NCBI GenBank assembly: GCA_020429045.1
Contig: JAGQLS010000006.1
Coordinates: 11,993-75,992, forward strand
From: Candidatus Woesebacteria bacterium
GTDB taxonomy: Bacteria > Patescibacteriota > Microgenomatia > UBA1406 > GWC2-37-13
Length of the DNA stretch: 64,000 nucleotides
Direction of reading: 5' to 3'
Within the stretch, counting starts at the first letter, position 1. Every line of letters begins with the position of its first letter. Below the pieces are notes generated by a model, which was given only the letters and a program-made list of their open reading frames with translations, was not told the origin of the DNA and did no database searches. Below, one piece after another: positions 45,339-54,674 of the stretch. Position numbers and translations under genes: made by a program.

Positions 45339-46082
45339 TTATGAAATAAATGACGCTAATTCTTTCCAAACAATCGCTGGTTGTGTAATCGGTAAGTTGT
45401 GCGTAGCTTTTGGAACTACTACAATTTTTGATCGTGGTATGTTGCGGTGAAGTTCCCACGCCCACAAGACAGGAGTAATCGTATCGTTTTCCCCCCACAA
45501 TATCAATGTTGGTTTTTTTATAATTTTTGTTGTTTCGGTCAGATCTTCAAAAATGATAGTGCGGAAATTTGATTCCAAAGCCGGGTATTTGAGTAAATCA
45601 GAGCCCCGATGAAATAGTGAATAATATATTTTTTTTGCAAAAGGATAAATTTTTTTGATGAGCGCGTAAGAATTTACATTCAATTGTGAAGCAAGCGAGG
45701 CAGTTCGCGATATTTTTCTTGAACGCTTGAACGAACTGTTGCAAAGAATGAGAGAGCGTATCGACGCTGGATGATGAGCGGCAATATATATACCAAGCTC
45801 TCCTCCAAATGAATGACCGAAATAATGCGGAACAATCTTTTGCTGTTTCATAAATTGCAATATACATTGAGCGTATTCTTTGACTCCCCAGTGCTTGGGA
45901 GGATTTTCGCTCTTTCCAAACCCAGGAAGGTCGATAGTAAAACATTGGAATCGCCTTGCCGCATGTTTTGCAAGCGAGTGCATACTGCATCGCGATCCTC
46001 CCCAACCATGAATAAAAAGAATAGGAGCACCTTTGCCAAATACATTGTAATGAAGCCTTAAGCCATCTATTTCTCTATACAT
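45339..46082 (-). CDS. alpha/beta hydrolase
   Basis: HGWGGS oxyanion region and GHSFGG nucleophile elbow. Stop lies 3 nt before the MurF-like start. Confidence 0.8.
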   Translation of the reverse strand: MYREIDGLRLHYNVFGKGAPILFIHGWGGSRCSMHSLAKHAARRFQCFTIDLPGFGKSENPPKHWGVKEYAQCILQFMKQQKIVPHYFGHSFGGELGIYIAAHHPASIRSLILCNSSFKRSRKISRTASLASQLNVNSYALIKKIYPFAKKIYYSLFHRGSDLLKYPALESNFRTIIFEDLTETTKIIKKPTLILWGENDTITPVLWAWELHRNIPRSKIVVVPKATHNLPITQPAIVWKELASFIS

Positions 46083-46216
46083 ACGATGTCAAATAAAATC
46101 TCACATATCCATGCGGTACCGGTGGTGAGAAACAACATTCATATTGTAACAAAAAATAAACATACAAGGGTAGACAAATAACGAATGCGCATTATTGTAA
46201 GGCGTCAAGGAGGATA

Positions 46217-46879
46217 TTATTGCGCGTTAAGCTCATCAAGAATAATCGCTTTGAGTTGTTCTGCGGTCTGAAAGTTTATTACTTTTTTTCCATTCAAAAA
46301 AAATGTAGGCGTAGCTTGAACACCAAATTGGTCTGCGCTCGCAACATCGTTGTCTATTTTTTTATCGATTGTTTTGTCTTGCATATCGGCTGTAAATTGG
46401 TCAATATCGAGGTTTAGCTCTTGAGCATATTTTTTGAACAATTCTATATGATCGGCATTATTTGACCATTCAGATTGATTCGTAAAAAGTAGGTCGTGCA
46501 TACCAAAAAAAGCATTTTGTTTGCCGGCGGCCTCAGCTGCTCGTGCAGCATCGCGTGCGTTGTGGTGAATCGACTCTAGGGGGAGTTCTCGATAGACAAA
46601 TGTCACCTCTTTTTTTAGGTGCGGACCGAGTTCCGGATCGTTTTCTATTTGTTTAATAAGCGGAAAATACTGTCCGCAAGCCGGACATTGAAAATCGCTG
46701 TATTCAACCATCGTGATCTTTCCATCGCTTGCCCATTTGACATGATCGGTATCAGATGGCTTCTGTAGTTCAGCAAAAAAGGTAGTTTGAGGCTTACTGG
46801 TAAGTAAATAAGCAACAACTAAAAAAACGATGATACCAACAATCGAGCCAGCAGCGGTAATAAGTGTTTTTTTATCCAT
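46217..46879 (-). CDS. DsbA-family thiol:disulfide oxidoreductase, membrane-anchored
   Basis: TM anchor and CPACGQY active site. Start trimmed to MDKKTLIT (ATG 46879). Confidence 0.75.
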   Translation of the reverse strand: MDKKTLITAAGSIVGIIVFLVVAYLLTSKPQTTFFAELQKPSDTDHVKWASDGKITMVEYSDFQCPACGQYFPLIKQIENDPELGPHLKKEVTFVYRELPLESIHHNARDAARAAEAAGKQNAFFGMHDLLFTNQSEWSNNADHIELFKKYAQELNLDIDQFTADMQDKTIDKKIDNDVASADQFGVQATPTFFLNGKKVINFQTAEQLKAIILDELNAQ

Positions 46880-47060
46880 CAGTTCGTTTTTGAATAAAAA
46901 GAAAAATAACAACAGCAACGAGTACAAACAATAAAAAAAATGAAGCTGCAGGTACGATCAAGGTTAAAATAACCAAGACTAAACTTATTGCAAGAAAAAT
47001 ACGCAGCACGATGTTATTGCTGTCTTGCATTCCTTCAAATATTTTTTTCAGTTCATCCAT
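46872..47060 (-). CDS. small membrane protein
   Basis: 62 aa with two hydrophobic helices. Stop overlaps the DsbA start by 8 nt (ATGGATAA), suggesting coupling. Confidence 0.45.
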   Translation of the reverse strand: MDELKKIFEGMQDSNNIVLRIFLAISLVLVILTLIVPAASFFLLFVLVAVVIFLFIQKRTDG

Positions 47061-47106
47061 AAGAATATTATTATCATACCATTTGTTTTATTTTTTTGAT
47101 ACGGTT

Positions 47107-48216
47107 TTATTTCTGCAACATTATCGTTATGGTCGTTTTTAGCCCTCCTATACCCTCTCCAGTTTGTGCTGATATAAAAACGCTCGTGCGATGATCGTTA
47201 TAGTCAACAATCTTTTCAAGATTTTTGCGCTGATAAGGTTCAAGCTCGTCAATTTTATTTAACAGAAGTATGGTTGGTTTGGTTTTTTCAACACCGATAT
47301 CGTGCAAAATATCGTTCACAACCATGATTTTTTCATGTAGTTGTGGATCGCTTGCATCGACTACGTGCAGGAGCAAATCAGCGTGGATGGATTCCAGAAG
47401 CGTCGATTTAAACGCCATAATGAGATTTGGCGGAAGCGATTGGATAAACCCGATCGTATCTGCAACAAGCAGTGTCCTTTGCAACTTTGGAGCATACATC
47501 TTACCGGTTGTGGTATCAAGCGTAACAAAAAGTTCGTCTTTTTCTATTTTTTCTTTGTTGGTGAGAAGGTTGAAAAGCGTTGTCTTGCCTGCGTTGGTAT
47601 AACCGACAATCGATATGGTTTGTAACCCGTGTTTTTTCCGATTTTGCAGTTGTTTTGTCCGTTGTTGTTCCTGTTTTTTGAGTTTTTCAGTTGTTTTTTT
47701 TATTGCATCGCGCCAGTGGCGCTTCATCAGTTCGACATTGGTCTCCCCTATCCCTCTGGTGCCGATGCCGCCGGCTTGTCTGCCGAGTTGTTGGGCCAAT
47801 CCATAGACGCGCGGTCCCATGTGGCGCATACGCGCGAGCTCGATTTGCAGTTTTGCTTCAGCAGAAACGGCGTGTTTATCGAAAATGTGTAAAATCAAAT
47901 CGATTCGGTCCCACACCTGAATTTTTGGATTGATTTCCCAATACATTTTTGTAAGTTTATAAAGTTGCGTCGGCTTAACCTGCGCGTTTATGATGACAAC
48001 GTCTATGTTGTTTTTTTGTATAAGCGCGGCGATCTCTGCTGCTTTGCCCGTGCCGATGTATGTTGCCGGATGAGGATTGCCCCGGCGCTGGATAATTTGT
48101 ATCACTTTGCCAGATCTGAGGGTTTTAATAAGCGACATAGCTTCTTTAAGCTCTATTTTTGCTTGTTCGGGTTTTGTTGTGGGAGGAACGATATGAACCA
48201 AGATATATTTTTGCAT
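47107..48216 (-). CDS. hflX: GTPase HflX
   Basis: HflX N-domain, G1 VGYTNAGKTT, G3 DTIGF, G4 NKID. Confidence 0.9.
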   Translation of the reverse strand: MQKYILVHIVPPTTKPEQAKIELKEAMSLIKTLRSGKVIQIIQRRGNPHPATYIGTGKAAEIAALIQKNNIDVVIINAQVKPTQLYKLTKMYWEINPKIQVWDRIDLILHIFDKHAVSAEAKLQIELARMRHMGPRVYGLAQQLGRQAGGIGTRGIGETNVELMKRHWRDAIKKTTEKLKKQEQQRTKQLQNRKKHGLQTISIVGYTNAGKTTLFNLLTNKEKIEKDELFVTLDTTTGKMYAPKLQRTLLVADTIGFIQSLPPNLIMAFKSTLLESIHADLLLHVVDASDPQLHEKIMVVNDILHDIGVEKTKPTILLLNKIDELEPYQRKNLEKIVDYNDHRTSVFISAQTGEGIGGLKTTITIMLQK

Positions 48217-48694
48217 GAGATATTATAATATGCTTTATATGCACGACAACCTGCTCATTTTATATAGAAAACAAGTCAACAAACACATGCTTGCGATGAA
48301 GCGGGCTGTGAGAGCGGGCAATACCCAAAAACAGCAGCATCATAGTATGCTCGCGATCATTTTTCTTCATCTTTTTATGGAAACGTTTATTTCCGAGGCG
48401 ATTCATTCCTCTCCAAAATTGGCAGAGCTTAAAAAAGAAGAACAAGAACTCAATAAGATCTACAAAAGTCTTTCATTTAAAAATAAATGGAAGAAGACAT
48501 TTGATCTCCTTCATATCAAACCCCAGTCCGAGCTTGATGATTTTCTTGCATTCGACGAACGGTTTCGGGCGCCGCTCGTACATCCAAAAGGTGCGTTTAT
48601 CAATGCAGATTTGTATTCTCAAGACACAAGCTTGTCAATACAGACAGCGCTTCAGTTGGTGCGATTGGTAAATCGTATTGTATTGGTTATGTAG
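48215..48694 (+). CDS. hypothetical protein (start uncertain)
   Basis: 159-aa ORF. Its first ATG overlaps the hflX ATG on the other strand, so ATG 48230 or a later one is more likely. Confidence 0.4.
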   Translation: MRYYNMLYMHDNLLILYRKQVNKHMLAMKRAVRAGNTQKQQHHSMLAIIFLHLFMETFISEAIHSSPKLAELKKEEQELNKIYKSLSFKNKWKKTFDLLHIKPQSELDDFLAFDERFRAPLVHPKGAFINADLYSQDTSLSIQTALQLVRLVNRIVLVM

Positions 48695-48724
48695 CTAGAA
48701 CATTATTCCTCTATAATACATTGT

Positions 48725-50632
48725 ATGAAACAAAGAGGTGAAATAGCAACGCTATTGGTGTTGGGAAGTTTGGTGGTGATTGGAATTTCGACATTTGTTA
48801 CTTCAAGCCTCAACCGCCAAACGCAAGACGTATCGACCCACGCCAGTGGTCCCAAAGTTGGAGGTGGGTGCAATAATTCAGCTATAAAACGAAGTGGTGA
48901 GCCTTGTTGTGCCTACGAAACCGATGGTATCGTGAGTTCCATAAGCGATGCTGCACAAGGGGGTTGCGATGGTCCCGGGCCACTTGCCTGCGTGGATGTG
49001 AAGGAAAATGATAATTATATTTGCGCGTATCCATCCGGGGATAACGATGGGAAATATTTGGTGGGAGGCGGATGTAAGCCGAGCGCTATAAATAGAAAAT
49101 GCGGTGATCCCTGCTGTGCCTATGCTGGGGATGGTACTGTAAGCTCGATAAGCTTACCCGAATTTGGCGGATGCGATGGTGGCGGAGATCTTGCATGTGT
49201 CGATATTAGCAACAACGGAAATTATACGTGTGTCTACCCCCAAGCTGGTAATACCTATTTTTGTCCAGACGGCACGGCTACCTCTGTTCCTCAACCAACC
49301 GCAGTTCAGCAACAGTCCCCCGCCCCAACCCGAATCCCGACATCGGCTACCTGTCAACAATATTGCGCATGTCCAGACGAATCAAATAGAACGTGTGTAA
49401 CAAATGGAACCGTATGTGCAGATTGGCAAGCTGCAAACTGCTTACAAGTTGTACCACCCACGACGTTGCCGCCAACAACTGGTAGCTCAAGTCCATCTAT
49501 TGCACCCACGACACCCACACAAAATACAGGAATTCCTTTGGTTTTGCCGAGCAATACACCTGTTCAAAATTCTGCAGCCCCAACAATAGCTCCAACATTA
49601 CCCCTGCCAACAACCAATCCCAACACAGGATCGTTCGTACAACAGACAAGCACGGTGTCTATTGATGTGCAATATAGTAATTTAATAGATGGAAAGTGTT
49701 TTGCAGATGGCGTTCCACACACTTTCCAAACGGTTTTGCTTAGTAAAATTAATTCGCTCGGTTCAGGCAACAGTAATGAAATTATTGTTGAAAGTAGTCG
49801 TATTCAAATAAACGATTATAGTACAGAATTACAATTGAGTGATGCAGATACCGACCCCTTTATTATTTCGATGCACGTGATACTTGAAAATGAAGATCAA
49901 ACTCAAAAAGTCATTATTGATGAACAAACACCTAAGCAATTTGCAAACGACGGCACAAACCAGCAAGCGGTATTTACTATCAACTGTCAAGAGGAGTCGA
50001 GTCCAACACCTACAACACAACTATTGCAACCTGGTGAAGTACCACCAAGACCAGATGGTATATCGGATGGCACGTGGAACACGTACCTCGTGATGAGAGA
50101 TGTGCTAGATGGCACACCGCACCTATTATCCGATGGTAGATTTTCAGATAAGATGTTGTTGTATATGCTTATGCGTACAGAACTTCAAACAACAACCGGA
50201 GACGTTCGACGAAATGCACTAGAAGCTATTGCCAATCAATACAACGGTTATGGATGTAGTGGCAAATGCACGAGTTTAGCACAACAGCTTTCATGGTTAA
50301 ATAATATGAGCGGATGGTTTGGACGAACAAGCCTTACCCCTATCCCTCTTGACGATTGTGATTATTGCATGAATGATGTAGATTTGATACTTAATAATCA
50401 AATCAATGTTGATGATGATCAAGCTGCCTGGTGGTGGGGCAACTGCAAGATCAATTCTCCTATGTGCCAATATATTTCTGAACATCCTAATTGTGATGTT
50501 TCTCCACCCTGGAACAACCTTCTTCCTCGAGGCTGTATTATTCAAACTCCAATAACAGGCAGCGCAAATTATGCTCATTTTGTTGTTGTTACTTACGAAC
50601 AAAATTTATGTAGTGGCTGTATGGGTTTTTAA
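48725..50632 (+). CDS. secreted/anchored Cys-rich repeat protein with P/T-rich linker
   Basis: N-terminal hydrophobic anchor, two 68-aa six-Cys repeats (GGGC..PCCAY..DG.VSSIS..GGCDG...LACVD...NY.C.YP), a PT-rich stretch, and a Cys/Trp-rich C-terminal domain. Confidence 0.65.
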   Translation: MKQRGEIATLLVLGSLVVIGISTFVTSSLNRQTQDVSTHASGPKVGGGCNNSAIKRSGEPCCAYETDGIVSSISDAAQGGCDGPGPLACVDVKENDNYICAYPSGDNDGKYLVGGGCKPSAINRKCGDPCCAYAGDGTVSSISLPEFGGCDGGGDLACVDISNNGNYTCVYPQAGNTYFCPDGTATSVPQPTAVQQQSPAPTRIPTSATCQQYCACPDESNRTCVTNGTVCADWQAANCLQVVPPTTLPPTTGSSSPSIAPTTPTQNTGIPLVLPSNTPVQNSAAPTIAPTLPLPTTNPNTGSFVQQTSTVSIDVQYSNLIDGKCFADGVPHTFQTVLLSKINSLGSGNSNEIIVESSRIQINDYSTELQLSDADTDPFIISMHVILENEDQTQKVIIDEQTPKQFANDGTNQQAVFTINCQEESSPTPTTQLLQPGEVPPRPDGISDGTWNTYLVMRDVLDGTPHLLSDGRFSDKMLLYMLMRTELQTTTGDVRRNALEAIANQYNGYGCSGKCTSLAQQLSWLNNMSGWFGRTSLTPIPLDDCDYCMNDVDLILNNQINVDDDQAAWWWGNCKINSPMCQYISEHPNCDVSPPWNNLLPRGCIIQTPITGSANYAHFVVVTYEQNLCSGCMGF

Positions 50633-50649
50633 TATACATTCAATATTAT

Positions 50650-51024
50650 ATGAAAAAAACACGATTTCGGATAAAAATAGTACTCGCCATTTTTGTAAGT
50701 TTTTTTGTCTCCTCTGTTGTCGTCAAAGACGTTTTTATCGCCTCCTCCTCCACCCTTAATCCTTCGTGGAAGCAAAATCTGGTTGCGCGCATCAATCCTT
50801 TGCATTGGGTGCAGCAATACCAATTTGCGCAAATAACCAAAGAGCTTGAGAAAGTACCACTTCAAAATATAAGCCAAGGAGTGTATGGGCGCGAAACACA
50901 AAACGCAAGCGAAACCGTCATCAAACTGGGAGAAGTAGATTTTATCGAATACCCCATTGAGGTTGACGGCAAGACTGTGTACGTCAAAGTCCCCAAAGAT
51001 CAGTTTTCCCAGCTTGCTCGGTAA
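50650..51024 (+). CDS. small membrane-anchored hypothetical protein
   Basis: 124 aa with an N-terminal TM helix. Starts 17 nt after the Cys-rich protein gene. Confidence 0.5.
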   Translation: MKKTRFRIKIVLAIFVSFFVSSVVVKDVFIASSSTLNPSWKQNLVARINPLHWVQQYQFAQITKELEKVPLQNISQGVYGRETQNASETVIKLGEVDFIEYPIEVDGKTVYVKVPKDQFSQLAR

Positions 51025-51957
51025 TCAAATCGTTCCTTTTCTATTCTCCCCACTAATAAGCAGAATCGAACCGATTAGGAGCACAATCCCCACCATATTC
51101 TCTACGCTCAACATTTGTGGTGCACCATACGGATTCAGAGGCGTCACGGCAATGAAAATGCTCACTACCGGAAACATGAGTTCAGCAAACGTCGACACCT
51201 TGGCTTGTGTTTTTTGCAACCCTTTATAGTATAAAAATAAGGCTCCTGCTCCACCAGTGATACCTGCGATCACGATAAACCTCCAGAGCTCTTGAAATCC
51301 TAATTGATCAAGCGTAACAGTTTGATGAAACAGGTAACTTGCCACAAAGGCGACAGGTATGGCACACAAGAAACGCAACGCAGTTGCGAAAGGAAAAGAT
51401 ACTTTTTCAAGCAGCGTTTTGCTCAAAATGGTTCCACTACCCCATGCTACTGCTGCACCCAGGGCAAGCAAGAAAACGATCTCCTTGTTTTGCAAAGTGA
51501 ATGGTACAATCGTTGTGCCAAAGCTGATCATATAACTTCCGATAAGCGCAAGTACACTCAACACAAAAAATTTCATATCAATACGTTCCTTGAGAAAAAG
51601 AGCTGAAAGACCGACTACAAACACGGGCTGTAGCTTTTGTAACAAAATGGGCGTGACAAAATCTTGTTCTGCAAAACTCATACTTAGCGCCTGGGTAAAC
51701 ATGAGCGTTCCTGCAACGCTGCTTACGATCGTCATGGCAAGAAGCACCACCCACGTGTGTGCAGTGAATTTTTTGATCTCTTGTACGTGTTTTACAAAAA
51801 CTGGGCTTAAAATAATAAACCCAATCAGATGTTCGATAAAAATGATTGATGCAGGCGCAATGCTAAACGTAAGTTGCGTGCGAAACAACGCGTCAATAGC
51901 CCACAGACTTGACGCTGCCATGATTAAAAAGGGGCCCACAGAAGTTTTGTTTTTCAT
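51025..51957 (-). CDS. EamA/DMT family transporter
   Basis: About 10 TM helices with two EamA-like halves. Start trimmed to MKNKTSVGPF (ATG 51957). Confidence 0.8.
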   Translation of the reverse strand: MKNKTSVGPFLIMAASSLWAIDALFRTQLTFSIAPASIIFIEHLIGFIILSPVFVKHVQEIKKFTAHTWVVLLAMTIVSSVAGTLMFTQALSMSFAEQDFVTPILLQKLQPVFVVGLSALFLKERIDMKFFVLSVLALIGSYMISFGTTIVPFTLQNKEIVFLLALGAAVAWGSGTILSKTLLEKVSFPFATALRFLCAIPVAFVASYLFHQTVTLDQLGFQELWRFIVIAGITGGAGALFLYYKGLQKTQAKVSTFAELMFPVVSIFIAVTPLNPYGAPQMLSVENMVGIVLLIGSILLISGENRKGTI

Positions 51958-52089
51958 ACAAAAAAGAAAATTAATAATAATTTTTTGGGGGCACAAAAAG
52001 AAGACACAGTACAATAACTTCTTATTCGTTTTTATCCGTTAAGAAGCAATGCATTCCTTCTTTTAATCTCGATTTTTCCATGCAAGACA

Positions 52090-52350
52090 ATTTTAAAAAG
52101 CCTGCGCATGTTTAATCGGAGATTCGATCACATCGTGATCGTCCGGACTATACCGTCGGCTTCGAAATAGTGCTGCGAGCGAAACTTATGCGAGTGCACA
52201 AGTTCACTCTAGCAGCGTTCATCGAATCATCCTCAGTTCATCCTACACACGCTATGCGAAGACGATAGAGGTCGTGGGCTTTTACCACCGATCGGGAATT
52301 TTGCTCGCCATTTTCATAACTCAAGCAATCACCCTGCCCCGAGGAACAAA
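52090..52350. other. ORF-free, comparatively GC-rich, palindrome-dense spacer; candidate structured RNA (class and strand unresolved)
   Basis: No credible ORF in six frames. Hairpin cgatcac-atc-gtgatcg; palindromes gtccggac, ttcgaa, ccgatcgg. On the minus strand, ggggcagggtg and cccacgacc resemble RNase P RNA strings, but the P4 motifs were not found. Confidence 0.3.
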
Positions 52351-52446
52351 AACATTCTACCAAATGTTAAAAATCATTACCACACAAAAGCCCAAGCAAC
52401 AAACAAGCTACGTTTTCCATCATGAAAAACAAGTATTCCTCTTTTG

Positions 52447-53907
52447 TTATTTCATAATTTCATCAAGAAGCACATTGTCGCCTACAAGCGACTTGTAGAG
52501 TTTGCGTTTGAGGGTTCCTTTTTTTGAGATGAGTTTTTCGGCCATTTTGTCGATCGCAATAACTGCCATGACGGTTTGTATATAGCCGCTTATGAGATCG
52601 TCTAAACTCAATCCTAACTTATTGAAATCACGGCGATCCATAAGCATGAGTCTGCTTGTGTCAGTCCCCCACTCTCCGTTATCGTCTTTATAAGATAAAT
52701 TCGTGATGAGTATGTCATCGGGCGTAATGCGGTGCACGGTTTTATCACTTAGCCCGTTTGTTCGGTTTGTAAGTTTTGATACGAGTGGCGCACGTGTTCT
52801 GCGCGAATAGGTTGCAATTGGCGAAAATCCACCCGTAGTATTTGCGACCATGAGCCGTACATCAAATACATAAATTTCGTCACGTTTGTTGGGAACAGTT
52901 CCAACCTGAAAATACATTTTGCGTTTGTAGCTTGTGCTCCATTTGGGGTGTCCGATAAGCTGCTGGATGATAAATTGTTCGTATTCAAACTCGCGCTCCA
53001 TAAATTTGTCGAGTTCACGCTTATTGGTTATGACATAGACTCCTTGCCCTGCGTTGCTGTACGGCATCTTCACCACAGCTTTGTAGCGAAACTGTTCAAG
53101 CCACAGCGGAATTTCTTTTTTACTCACATTCCAGATGGTGGTTGGGGTGCGTATAGCCAAGCTTGATTCCAGAAGCTCGGCATTAAACATATCATACGCT
53201 TTTGCGGCAAGTAGTTTATTCCTTCCGCCGGCAAGGCAACAGATGATAGGGTTTAGAAGCAGCGTTTTGGTGTAGATCGGTATGCGGTTCCATGGTTTTT
53301 GCGTGACATAGCGGAAAGCGGCCCGTACTGGCAGCCAATTTCCTGCAACATTGATATGAAACTTTTGGTCTTTGGTACGGATATGATCGTGCGCTTCGTT
53401 GTAATCTGGCACTAAATATATCTCTTCACCGGTCAGATCGGCAAGAACACCCGCATACCCGGCATTTTCCATATAGTTTTTGTCATAGAACACTGCCAAA
53501 ACACCACTTGCTCGGTGTTTCTTCAGTTGAGGGAAAAAGACATCGGTGAGCAACCGGTAATAACCTCCCTGCTCTTCGTGGTCGTCCAGAAGTGGAAACG
53601 ATTTTTGCCCCGAAGGACACGAATTGGTCTCAATAACCACCATACGATCCTGACCGCGCGGAGTGGTTGCATGCATGAGGTCGGTACCTGCCCAACGGAA
53701 ATAGCGCGTTTTGTAGGTTAATAAACTCTTGAGTACGTGTTTGTCAACGCGCGGGTTGAGGTAACAATAGCGGGTGATGATTTGGTCGTGGCTCATGTTC
53801 ATGAAAAAGTTGACCAATGGATGTATTTGGGCGTTGAGCGCCTTTGGGTACCAGTGGTCAGATGGTACAAATGAACCAGGAGAAATTTTCTCTATAGCCT
53901 TTTGCAT
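52447..53907 (-). CDS. ATP-grasp-like amide ligase, GspS-like/circularly permuted motif order
   Basis: MVVIETNSCPSG (E-x-N...P Mg site) lies upstream of AVVKMPYSNAGQGVYVI (KP..G.G nucleotide loop), as in the glutathionylspermidine-synthase-like/CP-ATP-grasp families. Start trimmed to MQKAIEK (ATG 53907). Confidence 0.55.
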   Translation of the reverse strand: MQKAIEKISPGSFVPSDHWYPKALNAQIHPLVNFFMNMSHDQIITRYCYLNPRVDKHVLKSLLTYKTRYFRWAGTDLMHATTPRGQDRMVVIETNSCPSGQKSFPLLDDHEEQGGYYRLLTDVFFPQLKKHRASGVLAVFYDKNYMENAGYAGVLADLTGEEIYLVPDYNEAHDHIRTKDQKFHINVAGNWLPVRAAFRYVTQKPWNRIPIYTKTLLLNPIICCLAGGRNKLLAAKAYDMFNAELLESSLAIRTPTTIWNVSKKEIPLWLEQFRYKAVVKMPYSNAGQGVYVITNKRELDKFMEREFEYEQFIIQQLIGHPKWSTSYKRKMYFQVGTVPNKRDEIYVFDVRLMVANTTGGFSPIATYSRRTRAPLVSKLTNRTNGLSDKTVHRITPDDILITNLSYKDDNGEWGTDTSRLMLMDRRDFNKLGLSLDDLISGYIQTVMAVIAIDKMAEKLISKKGTLKRKLYKSLVGDNVLLDEIMK

Positions 53908-53979
53908 AAGGGAAATTATACTATATTTGTTTAAAAAACGAGAAATAATTTTACGTATTTTAAGTATAATAGGGGCTGT

Positions 53980-54657
53980 ATGAAACTGCTCATTGTCGAA
54001 GACGACGCGAAAATCGCCCGCACGCTCAAACAAGGACTCGAACAAGAACACATCATCGTCGACCTTGCCGAAGATGGCGAAGCTGGGCTTGACCTGGCCT
54101 CAACAGAAGAATACGATGTCATTGTTCTCGACTGGATGCTGCCCAAAAAAGATGGCCCGACCGTCAGTACTCACCTGCGCAACGAGCACATCACAACTCC
54201 TATCCTTATGCTCACCGCCAAAGGGCAGCTTGACGATAAACTTGATGGATTTGATGCTGGCGCTGACGATTATCTTGTCAAACCCTTTGCTTTTGAAGAA
54301 CTCCTCGCCCGAATCAAAGCGCTTGCACGCAGACCAAAAGAACGATCCTCAGCTATTTTTCAGGTTGGCGATGTAATATTAAACGTTGATACATTTCAAG
54401 TAACACGCGAGGGACAGGAAATAGGGCTTTCTGCTAAAGAGTTTCAGCTTTTGTCGTATCTTATGCAACATGCGGGGACAACAGTTGACAAAGACCACAT
54501 TATCGAGAACGTGTGGCCGTTTGAGTCCGACATCCTTCCCAATACCGTGGAGCAATATATCGGTTATTTAAGAAAAAAGCTTGAAAAACCGTTTCCCAAA
54601 AAATCACGAATCATAGAAACAGTGCGTGGATTTGGGTATAAAATGATAAAAACGTAA
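53980..54657 (+). CDS. OmpR-family response regulator
   Basis: MKLLIVEDD...VIVLDWMLPKKDG receiver domain and a winged-helix C-terminus (ETVRGFGYKM). Confidence 0.92.
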   Translation: MKLLIVEDDAKIARTLKQGLEQEHIIVDLAEDGEAGLDLASTEEYDVIVLDWMLPKKDGPTVSTHLRNEHITTPILMLTAKGQLDDKLDGFDAGADDYLVKPFAFEELLARIKALARRPKERSSAIFQVGDVILNVDTFQVTREGQEIGLSAKEFQLLSYLMQHAGTTVDKDHIIENVWPFESDILPNTVEQYIGYLRKKLEKPFPKKSRIIETVRGFGYKMIKT

Positions 54658-54674
54658 TTATTTCTTAATCACCT

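Noticed and set aside
52090-52350. Calling the spacer RNase P RNA or tmRNA
   Set aside because: Only two short strings resemble RNase P. No P4 strands, tRNA-like acceptor/T-arm, tag ORF ending in Ala-Ala, or SRP domain IV motif were found by eye. It is kept only as an unclassified candidate.
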